Assembly (NCBI GenBank): GCA_963776245.1 | Contig: CAVZLN010000006.1 | Location: 64,001 to 128,000, forward strand | Origin: Candidatus Eiseniibacteriota bacterium | GTDB lineage: Bacteria > Eisenbacteria > RBG-16-71-46 | Direction: 5' to 3' | DNA length: 64,000 nucleotides | Part shown: piece after piece, positions 55,387-64,000 of the stretch | Layout of the letters: each line of letters opens with the position of its first letter | Position numbering within the stretch: position 1 is the stretch's first letter | Notes under the pieces: model-generated | Told to the model about the DNA's origin: nothing | Databases searched by the model: none | Seen by the model: only the letters and a program-made list of their open reading frames with translations | Made by a program: the position numbers and the translations under genes

Positions 55387-56316
55387 TCAGCCCCGCGCCA
55401 TCGCGCGCCGGCGGCCGAGCACGTGACGCAGTCCCTCCTCGAGGGTGCGGAAGCGGAACGCGTGCCGCGCGCGCTCCAGCGCCGCCGGGAGCACCCGCGC
55501 GCCGCCCAGCAGCAGGGTGTCGGCGAACTCGCGTCCCAGCAGCGCCCGCAGCGCGAACGCGGGCGCGGGCACGAACGCCGGGCGGGCCAGCACGCGGCCG
55601 AGCGTGCGCGCGAACTCGCGCTGGGGCAGCGGCTCGGGAGCGGTCGCGTTCACCACCCCGGGGAGATCCTCACGCGTCATCGCCGCGTGGAGCACCCCGA
55701 GCAGGTCGTCGAGCACGATCCACGACAGCCATTGCCTTCCGGAGCCGAGCGGCCCACCGGCCCCCAGCCGGAACAGCGGCAGCAGCCTCGCCAGTGCGCC
55801 ACCCTGCGGCGTGAGCACCACCCCGATGCGCACGCGGACCACCCGGATGCCGCGCGCCTCGGCCGGCGCCACCGCCGCCTCCCACTCGCGCGTCACTTCG
55901 GCGAGGAAGCCGTCACCCGCCGCGCTCGACTCGTCGAGCGGCTCGTCGCCACGATCGCCGTAGAACCCGATCGCCGAGGCCGACACCAGCACGCGCGGCG
56001 GGCGCTCCAGGCGCGCCAGGGCCCCGGCCAGCAGGCCCGTGCCCTGCACGCGGCTGGAGCGGATGCGCGCGCGCGCCGCCGCCGACCAGCGCTGGGACAG
56101 GCTCTCGCCCGCCAGGTGCACGACCGCGTCGAAGCCCTCGAGGGCACTCGCTTCGAGCGCTCCCGCGGCGGGGTCCCACGTCACGTCGCCGGGGCCCGCG
56201 CGCCCGCGCCCGAGGCGCGTCACGGTGTGCCCGCCGCTCGCGAGCATCGGAACCAGCGCCGCCCCCACCAGCCCCGAGGCGCCGCTCACCAGCACGCGCA
56301 TGGGCGCCGCGATCAC
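55387..56316 (-). CDS. TIGR01777-family (YfcH-like) NAD-dependent epimerase/oxidoreductase
   Basis: VLVSGASGLVG, VVHLAGE, SASAIGFYG, GSGRQWLSWI. Confidence 0.9.
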   Translation of the reverse strand: MIAAPMRVLVSGASGLVGAALVPMLASGGHTVTRLGRGRAGPGDVTWDPAAGALEASALEGFDAVVHLAGESLSQRWSAAARARIRSSRVQGTGLLAGALARLERPPRVLVSASAIGFYGDRGDEPLDESSAAGDGFLAEVTREWEAAVAPAEARGIRVVRVRIGVVLTPQGGALARLLPLFRLGAGGPLGSGRQWLSWIVLDDLLGVLHAAMTREDLPGVVNATAPEPLPQREFARTLGRVLARPAFVPAPAFALRALLGREFADTLLLGGARVLPAALERARHAFRFRTLEEGLRHVLGRRRAMARG

Positions 56317-56317
56317 C

Positions 56318-57091
56318 TCAGTCCTTGACGTTGCCCCGGTCCGCCACGTTCATGAACGCTCGCAGGAAGTCCACCGGCACCGGGAAGATGGTGGTGCTGT
56401 TGTTCTCGGTGGCGATCTCCGCCAGCGTCTGGAGGTAGCGCAACTGGAGCGCCGCCGGCTCGCGGCCGATCACCGCCGCGGCCTCGGCGAGGCGACCCGC
56501 GGCCTGGTACTCGCCCTCGGCGTTGATGACCTTCGCGCGGCGCTCGCGCTCGGCCTCGGCCTGGCGCGCGATGGCGCGCTGCATCTCCTGCGGCAGGTCG
56601 ACGTTCTTGACCTCGACGTTGGTGACCTTCACACCCCACGGCTCGGTCTGCCGGTCGATGACCTGCTGCAGCGCGAGATTGAGCTTCTCGCGCTCGGAGA
56701 GCAGCTCGTCCAGTTCCTGCTGGCCGAGGATGGACCGCAGCGTGGTCTGCGCGATCTGCGAGGTGGCGTAGAGGAAGTTCTCGACCTGGACGATCGCCTG
56801 GCGCGCGTCCACCACGCGGAAGTACACCACCGCGTTCACCTTCACCGACACGTTGTCCTTGGTGATGATGTCCTGCGGCGGCACGTCCATGGTGACGGTG
56901 CGCAGGCCCACCTTCACCGCGCGGTCGATCACCGGCCACAGCAGCACCAGGCCGGGCCCCTTCTCGCCGATCAGCCGGCCGAGCCGGAACACCACCAGAC
57001 GCTCGTACTCGCGCACCACGCGGATCGCGTTCGCGATGAGCACGACGACGAACAGCGCGACGATCAGCACCAGGGTGAGAAAGGGCATCAT
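56318..57091 (-). CDS. SPFH/stomatin (slipin) family protein
   Basis: [49 protein letters not shown]. Confidence 0.93.
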   Translation of the reverse strand: MMPFLTLVLIVALFVVVLIANAIRVVREYERLVVFRLGRLIGEKGPGLVLLWPVIDRAVKVGLRTVTMDVPPQDIITKDNVSVKVNAVVYFRVVDARQAIVQVENFLYATSQIAQTTLRSILGQQELDELLSEREKLNLALQQVIDRQTEPWGVKVTNVEVKNVDLPQEMQRAIARQAEAERERRAKVINAEGEYQAAGRLAEAAAVIGREPAALQLRYLQTLAEIATENNSTTIFPVPVDFLRAFMNVADRGNVKD

Positions 57092-58431
57092 GACCGCTCC
57101 TCCTTGGGACACGGGCGGACGTGCAGGGTGAGCCCGTCCACGCCTGTGATCTCGACCATCTCGCCGGCCTCCACCGGACTGCCGGATACCGCGTTCCACG
57201 ACGTATCGCCCATCCGCACGCGTCCGCCGGGCGCGAGGCGCTCGAGCGCGCGCGCGCGTTCCCCCACCAGGCCGGCGGCGCCGGTCTGGACCTTGCGCCG
57301 CTGGGCGCGCAGCCCGGCGCCGACGATGAACAGGAAGAACAGCGCCGTCGTTCCGGTGGTGCCGAGGATCACCGTCCACGACAGCGCGATCCCCTCACCG
57401 CGGAACAGGATGACCGACCCGAGCAGCATGGACACCACGCCGCCGGCCGCCAGCAGGCCGTGGCTCGCCACCTTCACCTCGGCGAGGAAGAACGCCACCG
57501 CGAGCACCAGCAGCGCCGCCCCGGCGTAGTTCACCGGCAGGGTCGAGAGCGCGAGGAAGGCGAGGATCAGGCTGATGCCGCCCACCACCCCGGGCAGGAT
57601 GGCGCCCGGGTTCTGGAGCTCGAACAGCAGGCCGTAGAAGCCGAGCATGAGCAGCAGGTAGGCGATGGTGGGGTCCGCCAGCACCGCGAGGAGCTTCTGG
57701 CGGAAGCCGGACTCGAGGAAGTCCACCGGCACGCCCTTCACCTTCAGCGTGCGGACCCGGCCGTCGCGCGTCCAGGCACGGCCATCGGCCTTCGCCAGCA
57801 GCTCGGTGCGGGTGGCGGCGATGAAGTCCACCACGCCGAGCGTGACCGCCTCGGTCTCGCTGGCCGACACCGCCTCGCGCACCGCGCGCTCGGCCCACGC
57901 CGTGTTGCGCCCGCGCTGGGCCGCGACGGTGCGCGCGAACGCCGACGCGTCGTTGGTGGCCTTGCGCGCCAGCGTGGAGTCCATCGGGCCCTGCAGGTTG
58001 ATGGGCGTGGCGGCGCCGATGTTGGTGCCGGGCGCCATCGCCGCGACGTCGCACGCGATGGTGATGAACACCCCCGCCGAGGCCGCCCGCGCACCGCTGG
58101 GCGCGACCCAGGCGATCACCGGCACGCGCGCGGCGAACAGCGACTGGACCATCTCGCGCATGCTCGACTCGAGCCCGCCGGGGGTGTCGATCTCGAGCAG
58201 CAGCGCCTCGTAGCCGCGGGCGGTGGCGCGGTCGATGGCGGCGCCCAGCGCCTCGGCCATCACCGGGGTGACCGGCCCGGTGAGCTCGACCGCGAGCACG
58301 CGGCCCTGGCCGGGCGGCGACGGGACGTCGGCCGCGCGCGCACGCGGGGGCTTGGCACCCATCGCGGTCGTGGCGCAGGCGAGCGCCAGGAGCGCCGCGA
58401 CCAGCGGGAGGCGGATCGAGCGGCCGCTCAT
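57088..58431 (-). CDS. nfeD: Long-form NfeD membrane-bound serine protease
   Basis: [22 protein letters not shown], a TM region and a C-terminal OB fold. Adjacent to the slipin gene. Confidence 0.9.
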   Translation of the reverse strand: MSGRSIRLPLVAALLALACATTAMGAKPPRARAADVPSPPGQGRVLAVELTGPVTPVMAEALGAAIDRATARGYEALLLEIDTPGGLESSMREMVQSLFAARVPVIAWVAPSGARAASAGVFITIACDVAAMAPGTNIGAATPINLQGPMDSTLARKATNDASAFARTVAAQRGRNTAWAERAVREAVSASETEAVTLGVVDFIAATRTELLAKADGRAWTRDGRVRTLKVKGVPVDFLESGFRQKLLAVLADPTIAYLLLMLGFYGLLFELQNPGAILPGVVGGISLILAFLALSTLPVNYAGAALLVLAVAFFLAEVKVASHGLLAAGGVVSMLLGSVILFRGEGIALSWTVILGTTGTTALFFLFIVGAGLRAQRRKVQTGAAGLVGERARALERLAPGGRVRMGDTSWNAVSGSPVEAGEMVEITGVDGLTLHVRPCPKEERS

Positions 58432-59654
58432 CGCGCGTCCCCGCCCGCGCGCGCCAGCGCCGCGCGCCACGCCTCGAGGTACTTCAGCCCGCTGCCGGTG
58501 TCGTAGATCACCACCCGCGCTCCTGCCGCGATCTCGCCGCTGGCCCGCAGCCGTCGCAACGCCGCGAGGGTAGCACCACCCTCGGGACAGGCGAAGAGAC
58601 CCTCCTCACGGGCCAGCTGGCTCATGCCGTCGAGCAGGTCCTCCTCGCTCACCGCGATGGCGGTGCCCCCGGTCTCGCGCACCGCGCGCAGGATGAGGGT
58701 GTCGGCGAACGGCGACGGCACGCGCAGCCCGCTCGCCACCGTGCGCGCGTCCCGCCACGCCTCGGCCCTGGCCGCGCCGGCCTCGAACGCCCGCACCACC
58801 GGGGCGCACCCGGCGGTCTGCACCGCCACCAGCCGCGGGAAGGGACCTTCGATCCACCCCAGCGCGCGCATCTCCTCGAACGCGCGCCACATCCCCACCA
58901 GGCCGGTGCCGCCGCCGGTGGGATAGAGGATGACATCGGGCAGCGCCCAGCCGAGCTGCTCGGCGATCTCCCAGCCGAGCGTCTTCTTGCCCTCGAGCCG
59001 GAACGGCTCCTTGAAGGTGGCGACGTTCCACCATTCGGGGGCGGGCGCCCAGTCGGCGAGCGCCCGGCCCGCCTCGGCGATGGTGCCGGGCACCAGCCGC
59101 ACCTCGGCGCCGAAGGCGCGCTGTTCGAGCACGAACGCCTCGGGCGTGTCCTCGGGCACGGTGATGCGGCAGCGCAGGCCGGCGGCGGCGGCGTAGGCGG
59201 CGGCGGCGCTGCCCGCGTTGCCCGCCGACGGCAGCGCGATCGCGCCCATGCCGAAGGCGAGCGCGCCATTGACCGCCAGCGCCAGCCCGCGCGCCTTGAA
59301 CGACGCGGTCGGATTGCCCGCCTCGGCCTTCGCCCACAGCGCGCCGAGGTCGAGCTCGCGCGCCAGCCGCGCCAGCGGCAGCAGCGGCGTGCCGCCCTCG
59401 CCGAGGCGCACCGCCGGGAAGTCGGACGCGAACGGGAGCACCGCGCGGTAGCGCCACAGGTCGGTGCCGAATCGCCCGAGGTCGGTGCGCCGCAGCCCGC
59501 GTCCGATCGCGGGCAGGTCGTAGCGCGTCACCAGCGGGCGTCCGCAGGCCGGGCACACGCTGCGGGGCTCCGACAGGTCGCACGACCCGCCGCAGTCGAG
59601 ACAGTCGAGCGCCACGAGGTGGGGATTGAAGGCGGAGACCGGAGGGGCAGTCAT
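58428..59654 (-). CDS. Threonine synthase-like PLP enzyme
   Basis: Zinc-ribbon N-terminus, LGEGGTPL, NPTASFKARG, SAGNAG, EGKKT, PTGGGTG. Confidence 0.85.
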   Translation of the reverse strand: MTAPPVSAFNPHLVALDCLDCGGSCDLSEPRSVCPACGRPLVTRYDLPAIGRGLRRTDLGRFGTDLWRYRAVLPFASDFPAVRLGEGGTPLLPLARLARELDLGALWAKAEAGNPTASFKARGLALAVNGALAFGMGAIALPSAGNAGSAAAAYAAAAGLRCRITVPEDTPEAFVLEQRAFGAEVRLVPGTIAEAGRALADWAPAPEWWNVATFKEPFRLEGKKTLGWEIAEQLGWALPDVILYPTGGGTGLVGMWRAFEEMRALGWIEGPFPRLVAVQTAGCAPVVRAFEAGAARAEAWRDARTVASGLRVPSPFADTLILRAVRETGGTAIAVSEEDLLDGMSQLAREEGLFACPEGGATLAALRRLRASGEIAAGARVVIYDTGSGLKYLEAWRAALARAGGDAR

Positions 59655-59720
59655 CGGGCGGCAGCATACCCGATGTGGCCGGACGGGGTGCGCACGCCCC
59701 GCCCGGTCAGCCGTCCCGGC

Positions 59721-60671
59721 TCACCAGGCGCGCTCCTCGCCCTCCAGCTCCTCGCGCAGCTTGAGGAACGACTCGTACCGCCGGCCCGCCACCTCCCCCG
59801 CCGCGACCGCCGCGCGCAGCGCGCACCCGGGCTCGGCGGTGTGGCGGCAGTCGTTGAAGCGGCACGCCCCCAGCACGCGGCGGAACTCCGGATAGGCCTG
59901 CTCGAGGTCGCGCGAGGAGATCCCCCACAGCGCGAACGAGCGCACCCCGGGGGTGTCGATGAGCTCGAGCCCCGACACCGTGCGCACCAGCCACGCGGCG
60001 GTGGTGGTGTGCCGGCCCTTGCCGGTCTTCAGGTTCACGGCGCCCGCGACCAGCGCAAGCTCGGGGGCGAGCGCGTTCAGCAGCGAGCTCTTCCCCACGC
60101 CCGAGTGCCCGACGAACAGCGAGCGCCGCCCGGCGCACGCGTGCGCCACCGCGTCCACGCCCGCCCCCGACTTCGCGCACGTCAGGTGGCCGGCGCACCC
60201 GGCGCGCGCGTAGTCGTCGAGGATCGCCTGCTCCTCGGCCGGCGCGCCGAGGTCGGTCTTGTTGAGCACCAGCCGGGCGGGGATGCCGAAGTGCTCGGCC
60301 TGGCCGAGCACCCGGTCCACGAAGCCGGGCTTGAACTCCGGCTCCGCGATCGAGACCACCACCACCACCTGGTCGAGATTCGCGGCCACCACCTGCTCGA
60401 CCTTGCGCTCGCCCGCGGCGCGCCGCGAGAACAGGTTGCGCCGCGGGAGCACGCTCTCGATGACGGCGCGCGGCCCGCTGACGTCCGCTTCGACCTCGTC
60501 CCCCACCACCACCGTGTTGCCGAGCGTGCGGGTCCGGCCCATCAGACGCGCGCGCACCGTGGCCTCGCACGCGACCCCGTCGTCGAGCACCAGCGCGACG
60601 CTGCCGAAGTCCACGCGCGCGACGGTGGCGCGGCGCAGCGCCGTCGCGGCCGCGTCCCCGGTGGCGCTCAC
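59721..60671 (-). CDS. rsgA: Ribosome small-subunit-dependent GTPase A
   Basis: AANLD, LNKTDL, GHSGVGKSSLLN, GRHTT, DTPG, CRFNDCRH..EPGCA. Confidence 0.93.
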   Translation of the reverse strand: MSATGDAAATALRRATVARVDFGSVALVLDDGVACEATVRARLMGRTRTLGNTVVVGDEVEADVSGPRAVIESVLPRRNLFSRRAAGERKVEQVVAANLDQVVVVVSIAEPEFKPGFVDRVLGQAEHFGIPARLVLNKTDLGAPAEEQAILDDYARAGCAGHLTCAKSGAGVDAVAHACAGRRSLFVGHSGVGKSSLLNALAPELALVAGAVNLKTGKGRHTTTAAWLVRTVSGLELIDTPGVRSFALWGISSRDLEQAYPEFRRVLGACRFNDCRHTAEPGCALRAAVAAGEVAGRRYESFLKLREELEGEERAW

Positions 60672-62101
60672 TGCCACCCGCCGCCGGGGCCGTCGAGCGG
60701 CAGGTTGATGGTGAACTGGGCGCCCTGGCCCGGCGGGCTGGCGGCGGCGATGCGGCCGCCGTGGTTGGTGATGATCCGGTACGAGGAGGACAGCCCGAAG
60801 CCGTGGCCGGTCGCTTTGGTGGTGAAGTGCGGCTCGAAGATGCGCGCCAGGTTCTGGGGCGCGATCCCGGTGCCGGTGTCCGCCACCGTGATCTTCAGCG
60901 TGCGGGTGCGCTCGTCGTGCTCGCTCGACACCGCGATCCGCTTCACGCCGACGCCCTTCTCCTGCATCGCGTCGGCGGCGTTCATGAACAGGTTGAGGAA
61001 CACCTGCTGGATCTGGCCCGGGTCCACCCGCAGCTCCGGGAGCTGGGGCGCCAGGCGCAGCTCCCACTCCACGGTGTCGAAGCGGTTCTGCGTCCGCACG
61101 AACTCCACCGAGCGCTGCACCAGGCCGTTGATGTCCACCCGCTCCACCTTGATCTCGGCGCTCGAGAAGTCCATCAGTCCCTTGGAGAGCGCCTCCATGC
61201 GGCGGGACTGCTCGAGGATGATCTGGGCGTGGCGGTTGACGTTGTCGAACACCTGGCGCTCGCCGTCGCGGAGCAGCAGCTGCGCGCGGCCGCTGATGGC
61301 GACCAGCTGGTTGCGCAGCTCGTGTCCGATCTCGGCCGCCATCTCGCCCTTCGCCGCCATGCGCTCGCGGTGGATGATCTGGTTCTGCGCGTTGGTCAGC
61401 TCGATGTAGCGGCGGGTGGACTCGTGAAGCATGTAGAGCGGCGAGTAGAACAGCACCGCGCCGAGGTAGCCGATGGCGCCGAACGAGATCACCATGATGG
61501 GCGCCATGAAGAACGCGGCGGCGTCCTCGAGCAGCTTCTCGCCGTAGAACCAGTCCTCGCGCAGCACCTTCAGGTAGGGCCGCTCGGAGGACCACGAGAC
61601 CGCGACCGCGACGAACGCGCGATTGAACAGCAGGAACGTCACCGTGAGCCCGAGGAGCGGGAGCGCCAGGGGCCACGCGTCGCTCCCGCCGATGGCGTCG
61701 CGCCCGGTGGCATGGAGCCCGGCCAGCGGCCCCCCGAGCCACGCCCACACGTGCCCGGCGGCCCACATGGTGATCGCGGTCTGCGACGCGTTGAAGGTGG
61801 CGCGCACCCACGGCTTGCGGGTCAGGAACAGCTCGGCCGCCAGCGTGCTGAACGCCGCGATCCACATCGACGGCCCGAGCCCCCACAGCATCGCGACCGC
61901 GAGACAGGCCGTGGACGACTGGCTCGCCGTGCCGGTGCCCGACATGGTGGTGACCACCATCAGCTCGGAGATCGCGGTGATGGCGATCCACGCGAGGTAG
62001 TCGGGCCAGCGCGTCTCGATGTTCGGCGGCAGGTGGGTGGCGAGCAGCGCGACCGCCGCCAGCCCCACCGCGATGACGTACGCCCGCAGCCGCGCGCTCA
62101 C
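60668..62101 (-). CDS. Multi-TM sensor histidine kinase
   Basis: Polytopic membrane N-terminus, IGHELRN H-box, NLFMNAADAM, FEPHFTTK..GHGFGL. Confidence 0.88.
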   Translation of the reverse strand: MSARLRAYVIAVGLAAVALLATHLPPNIETRWPDYLAWIAITAISELMVVTTMSGTGTASQSSTACLAVAMLWGLGPSMWIAAFSTLAAELFLTRKPWVRATFNASQTAITMWAAGHVWAWLGGPLAGLHATGRDAIGGSDAWPLALPLLGLTVTFLLFNRAFVAVAVSWSSERPYLKVLREDWFYGEKLLEDAAAFFMAPIMVISFGAIGYLGAVLFYSPLYMLHESTRRYIELTNAQNQIIHRERMAAKGEMAAEIGHELRNQLVAISGRAQLLLRDGERQVFDNVNRHAQIILEQSRRMEALSKGLMDFSSAEIKVERVDINGLVQRSVEFVRTQNRFDTVEWELRLAPQLPELRVDPGQIQQVFLNLFMNAADAMQEKGVGVKRIAVSSEHDERTRTLKITVADTGTGIAPQNLARIFEPHFTTKATGHGFGLSSSYRIITNHGGRIAAASPPGQGAQFTINLPLDGPGGGWQ

Positions 62102-63120
62102 GCGCCCGCTCCCGCCGCGACCACACCGAGCCCCGGGCGCTCGCCCAGCGCGATGACGCCGGCTTCCCGCGGGGCGCCCTCGAACGGGTCCCGGGCCAGC
62201 AGCCAGTGGCCATCCAGGTCCAGCGCGTCGGCGAGCGGCGCCAGTTGCGCCGCGGCCGAGAGCGCGAGGCTCGACTCGACCATCGAGCCGAGCATCACCT
62301 TGAGCCCGTGCGCGCGCGCGGCGTGGAGGGTGCGCAGCAGCTCGCGCAGCCCGCCGCTCTTCATGAGCTTGAGGTTCACCCCGTCCACGCGCCCGGCGAG
62401 CCGTGCGATGTCGCTGGCGCGGCTGCACGCCTCATCGGCGTAGACCGGGATGCCGACGCGGTCGCGCACCCACTTCAGCCCCTCGAGGTCCTCGCGCGCC
62501 ACCGGCTGCTCCACCAGCTCGATCTCGAGCGGCTCGATGCGCCGCAGCACGCGCACCGCGTCGGCCGGGCTCCACGCCGTGTTGGCGTCCACCCGCAGCA
62601 GGCCGCGGTAGCGCCGTCGGATGCGCTCGAGGTTCTCGACGTCGCCGGGCGCCCCGAGCTTCACCTTGAGCGCCGGGAACCCGAGCACGGCCTCGAGCTT
62701 GCGCTCCATCTCGGCGGGCTCGGCCATGCCGAGCGTGACGCACGAGAACGGCGCCCGCGCGGCCTCGAGCCCGAACAGCCGCCACACCGGCTGGCCGAGG
62801 CGCTTGCCGATCCAGTCGTGCAGCGCCATGTCGATCGCCGCGTGCGCGGCGCCGTGGCCGCGGAGGACGCCGTCCAACCGGCGTTCGATCGCGTCGAGCG
62901 CGAACGGGTCGTCACCGAGGTGCGGCGCCCAGGCCGCCAGCGCGGCCTCGACGGTCTCGCGCGTCTCGCCGTGGTAGAACGCCGGCGCCGCCTCCCCCAG
63001 CCCGACCACGCCCTCGTGCTCGATCCGCACCAGCGTGTTGCGGTGGACCTTCCTCCCGCCCACCGCGATGCGGAACTCGAACGAGGTCTCGAGGTCGAGG
63101 GGCTCATGGGTGAGCCGCAT
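62098..63120 (-). CDS. Enolase-superfamily dipeptide epimerase / N-acetyl-D-Glu racemase (DgcA-like)
   Basis: LKVKLG, RVDAN, EQP, ADE, NLKLMK.GG, DLDG. Confidence 0.88.
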   Translation of the reverse strand: MRLTHEPLDLETSFEFRIAVGGRKVHRNTLVRIEHEGVVGLGEAAPAFYHGETRETVEAALAAWAPHLGDDPFALDAIERRLDGVLRGHGAAHAAIDMALHDWIGKRLGQPVWRLFGLEAARAPFSCVTLGMAEPAEMERKLEAVLGFPALKVKLGAPGDVENLERIRRRYRGLLRVDANTAWSPADAVRVLRRIEPLEIELVEQPVAREDLEGLKWVRDRVGIPVYADEACSRASDIARLAGRVDGVNLKLMKSGGLRELLRTLHAARAHGLKVMLGSMVESSLALSAAAQLAPLADALDLDGHWLLARDPFEGAPREAGVIALGERPGLGVVAAGAGA

Positions 63121-64000
63121 GCGACCTCCTTCCGGGGTGCGCGGCGAGCACCGCGTCGGCGAGCGCCGCGGCGCCGAATCGCACCGGGTCGGTGGCCGGC
63201 AGTCCGGTCGCGCGGGCGCACGCGGCGAGCGCCGCGCGCGCGCCCGCGTCGTCGAGTCGCACGGTGTTCAGCGCGACCGCCACGGTGTGCGCCGGGTGCA
63301 CCCACGCGGCGGCGCGCTCGGCGTCGCGCGCCACCTCCGCGAGGGGCGCCAGCGGGAAGGGCGCCGCGTCGGGCGCGGCGAGGCGCACGCGTTCGCGTCC
63401 GGCCTCGTGGCAGAGCACCAGCAGCGACGGGCAGGCGCCGTGGAGCAGCCCGAGCGCCACCGCCGAATAGGCCGGATGCGCGAGCGCGCCCTGGCCCTCG
63501 ACCACCACGACGTCCATCCCGCGGGCGGCCTCGACCACCGCGTGCTCGACGGCCCCGGGCAGGAAGTCGGCCACCACGGCGTCGGCCGGCACGCCCCCGC
63601 CCGCGATCAGGATCCCGGTCTGCCCGGTGGCGACGAACGCGACGCGCGACCCGCGCGCCTCCAGCGCGCGCGTCAGCTCGAGCGCGGTGGTCATCTTGCC
63701 CACGTTGCAGTCGGTCCCCACGGTGAGCACGACGGTCGCCTCGACGCGCGCGGCGCGCCCCGCGGCGACCCGGCGCTCGGCGGGCGGGCGGCGCACGTCG
63801 ATCAGGCGGCTGCCCGAGCGCGCGGCGAGCGCGGCCAGCTCGGGATCGTCGGCGAGGAATGCGTGCAGGCCCGCGAGCACGTCCCAGCCCCGTCCCAGCG
63901 CGTCGCGCACCGTCGCCCGCCACGCCGCCGGAAGCCCGCCGCCCTGGGGCGCGATCCCGATGAGCAGCGCGTCGGCGCCGTGCGCGGCGGCCGCGTCGAG
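63104..64000 (-). CDS. DUF1611 protein (DgcN-like), 5' truncated by window
   Basis: GIAPQGG, AGLH.FL, VGTDCNVGKMT, ATGQTG, VEGQG.L.HPAYS. Confidence 0.88.
   Translation of the reverse strand, partial: LDAAAAHGADALLIGIAPQGGGLPAAWRATVRDALGRGWDVLAGLHAFLADDPELAALAARSGSRLIDVRRPPAERRVAAGRAARVEATVVLTVGTDCNVGKMTTALELTRALEARGSRVAFVATGQTGILIAGGGVPADAVVADFLPGAVEHAVVEAARGMDVVVVEGQGALAHPAYSAVALGLLHGACPSLLVLCHEAGRERVRLAAPDAAPFPLAPLAEVARDAERAAAWVHPAHTVAVALNTVRLDDAGARAALAACARATGLPATDPVRFGAAALADAVLAAHPGRRSHAAHP

Overview
A gene-dense, very GC-rich bacterial chromosomal window with about 57 protein-coding genes. No rRNA, tRNA, CRISPR array, transposase or integrase was seen. A T9SS/FlgD-like C-terminal domain protein and the general gene content suggest an FCB-superphylum organism, possibly an uncultured lineage (inference). 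At least eight genes, including citrate synthase, carry single-base frameshifts, which points to long-read consensus errors. The main themes are peptide utilisation (M2, M3B, M3-like, M20C, M29, M54 and PrsW peptidases; iorAB plus an ADP-forming acyl-CoA ligase; malic enzyme; a DgcN/DgcA-like pair) and a sigma54-type operon. That operon encodes three GcvH-like proteins lacking the lipoyl lysine, a 4Fe-4S/NrfD pair with no catalytic subunit, a sensor kinase with two c-heme-type motifs, an NtrC-type regulator and an archaemetzincin, and it is the best candidate for an uncharacterised system. Also present are an orphan BMC-T shell gene, a 34-aa basic ORF absent from the ORF track, and two lower-GC patches at about 36.1-38.6 kb and 39.5-42.3 kb. 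The first hides a multi-frame Ser/Thr kinase. The second holds a secreted fibre-like/CTD gene pair bracketed by a duplicated DUF72 3' end.
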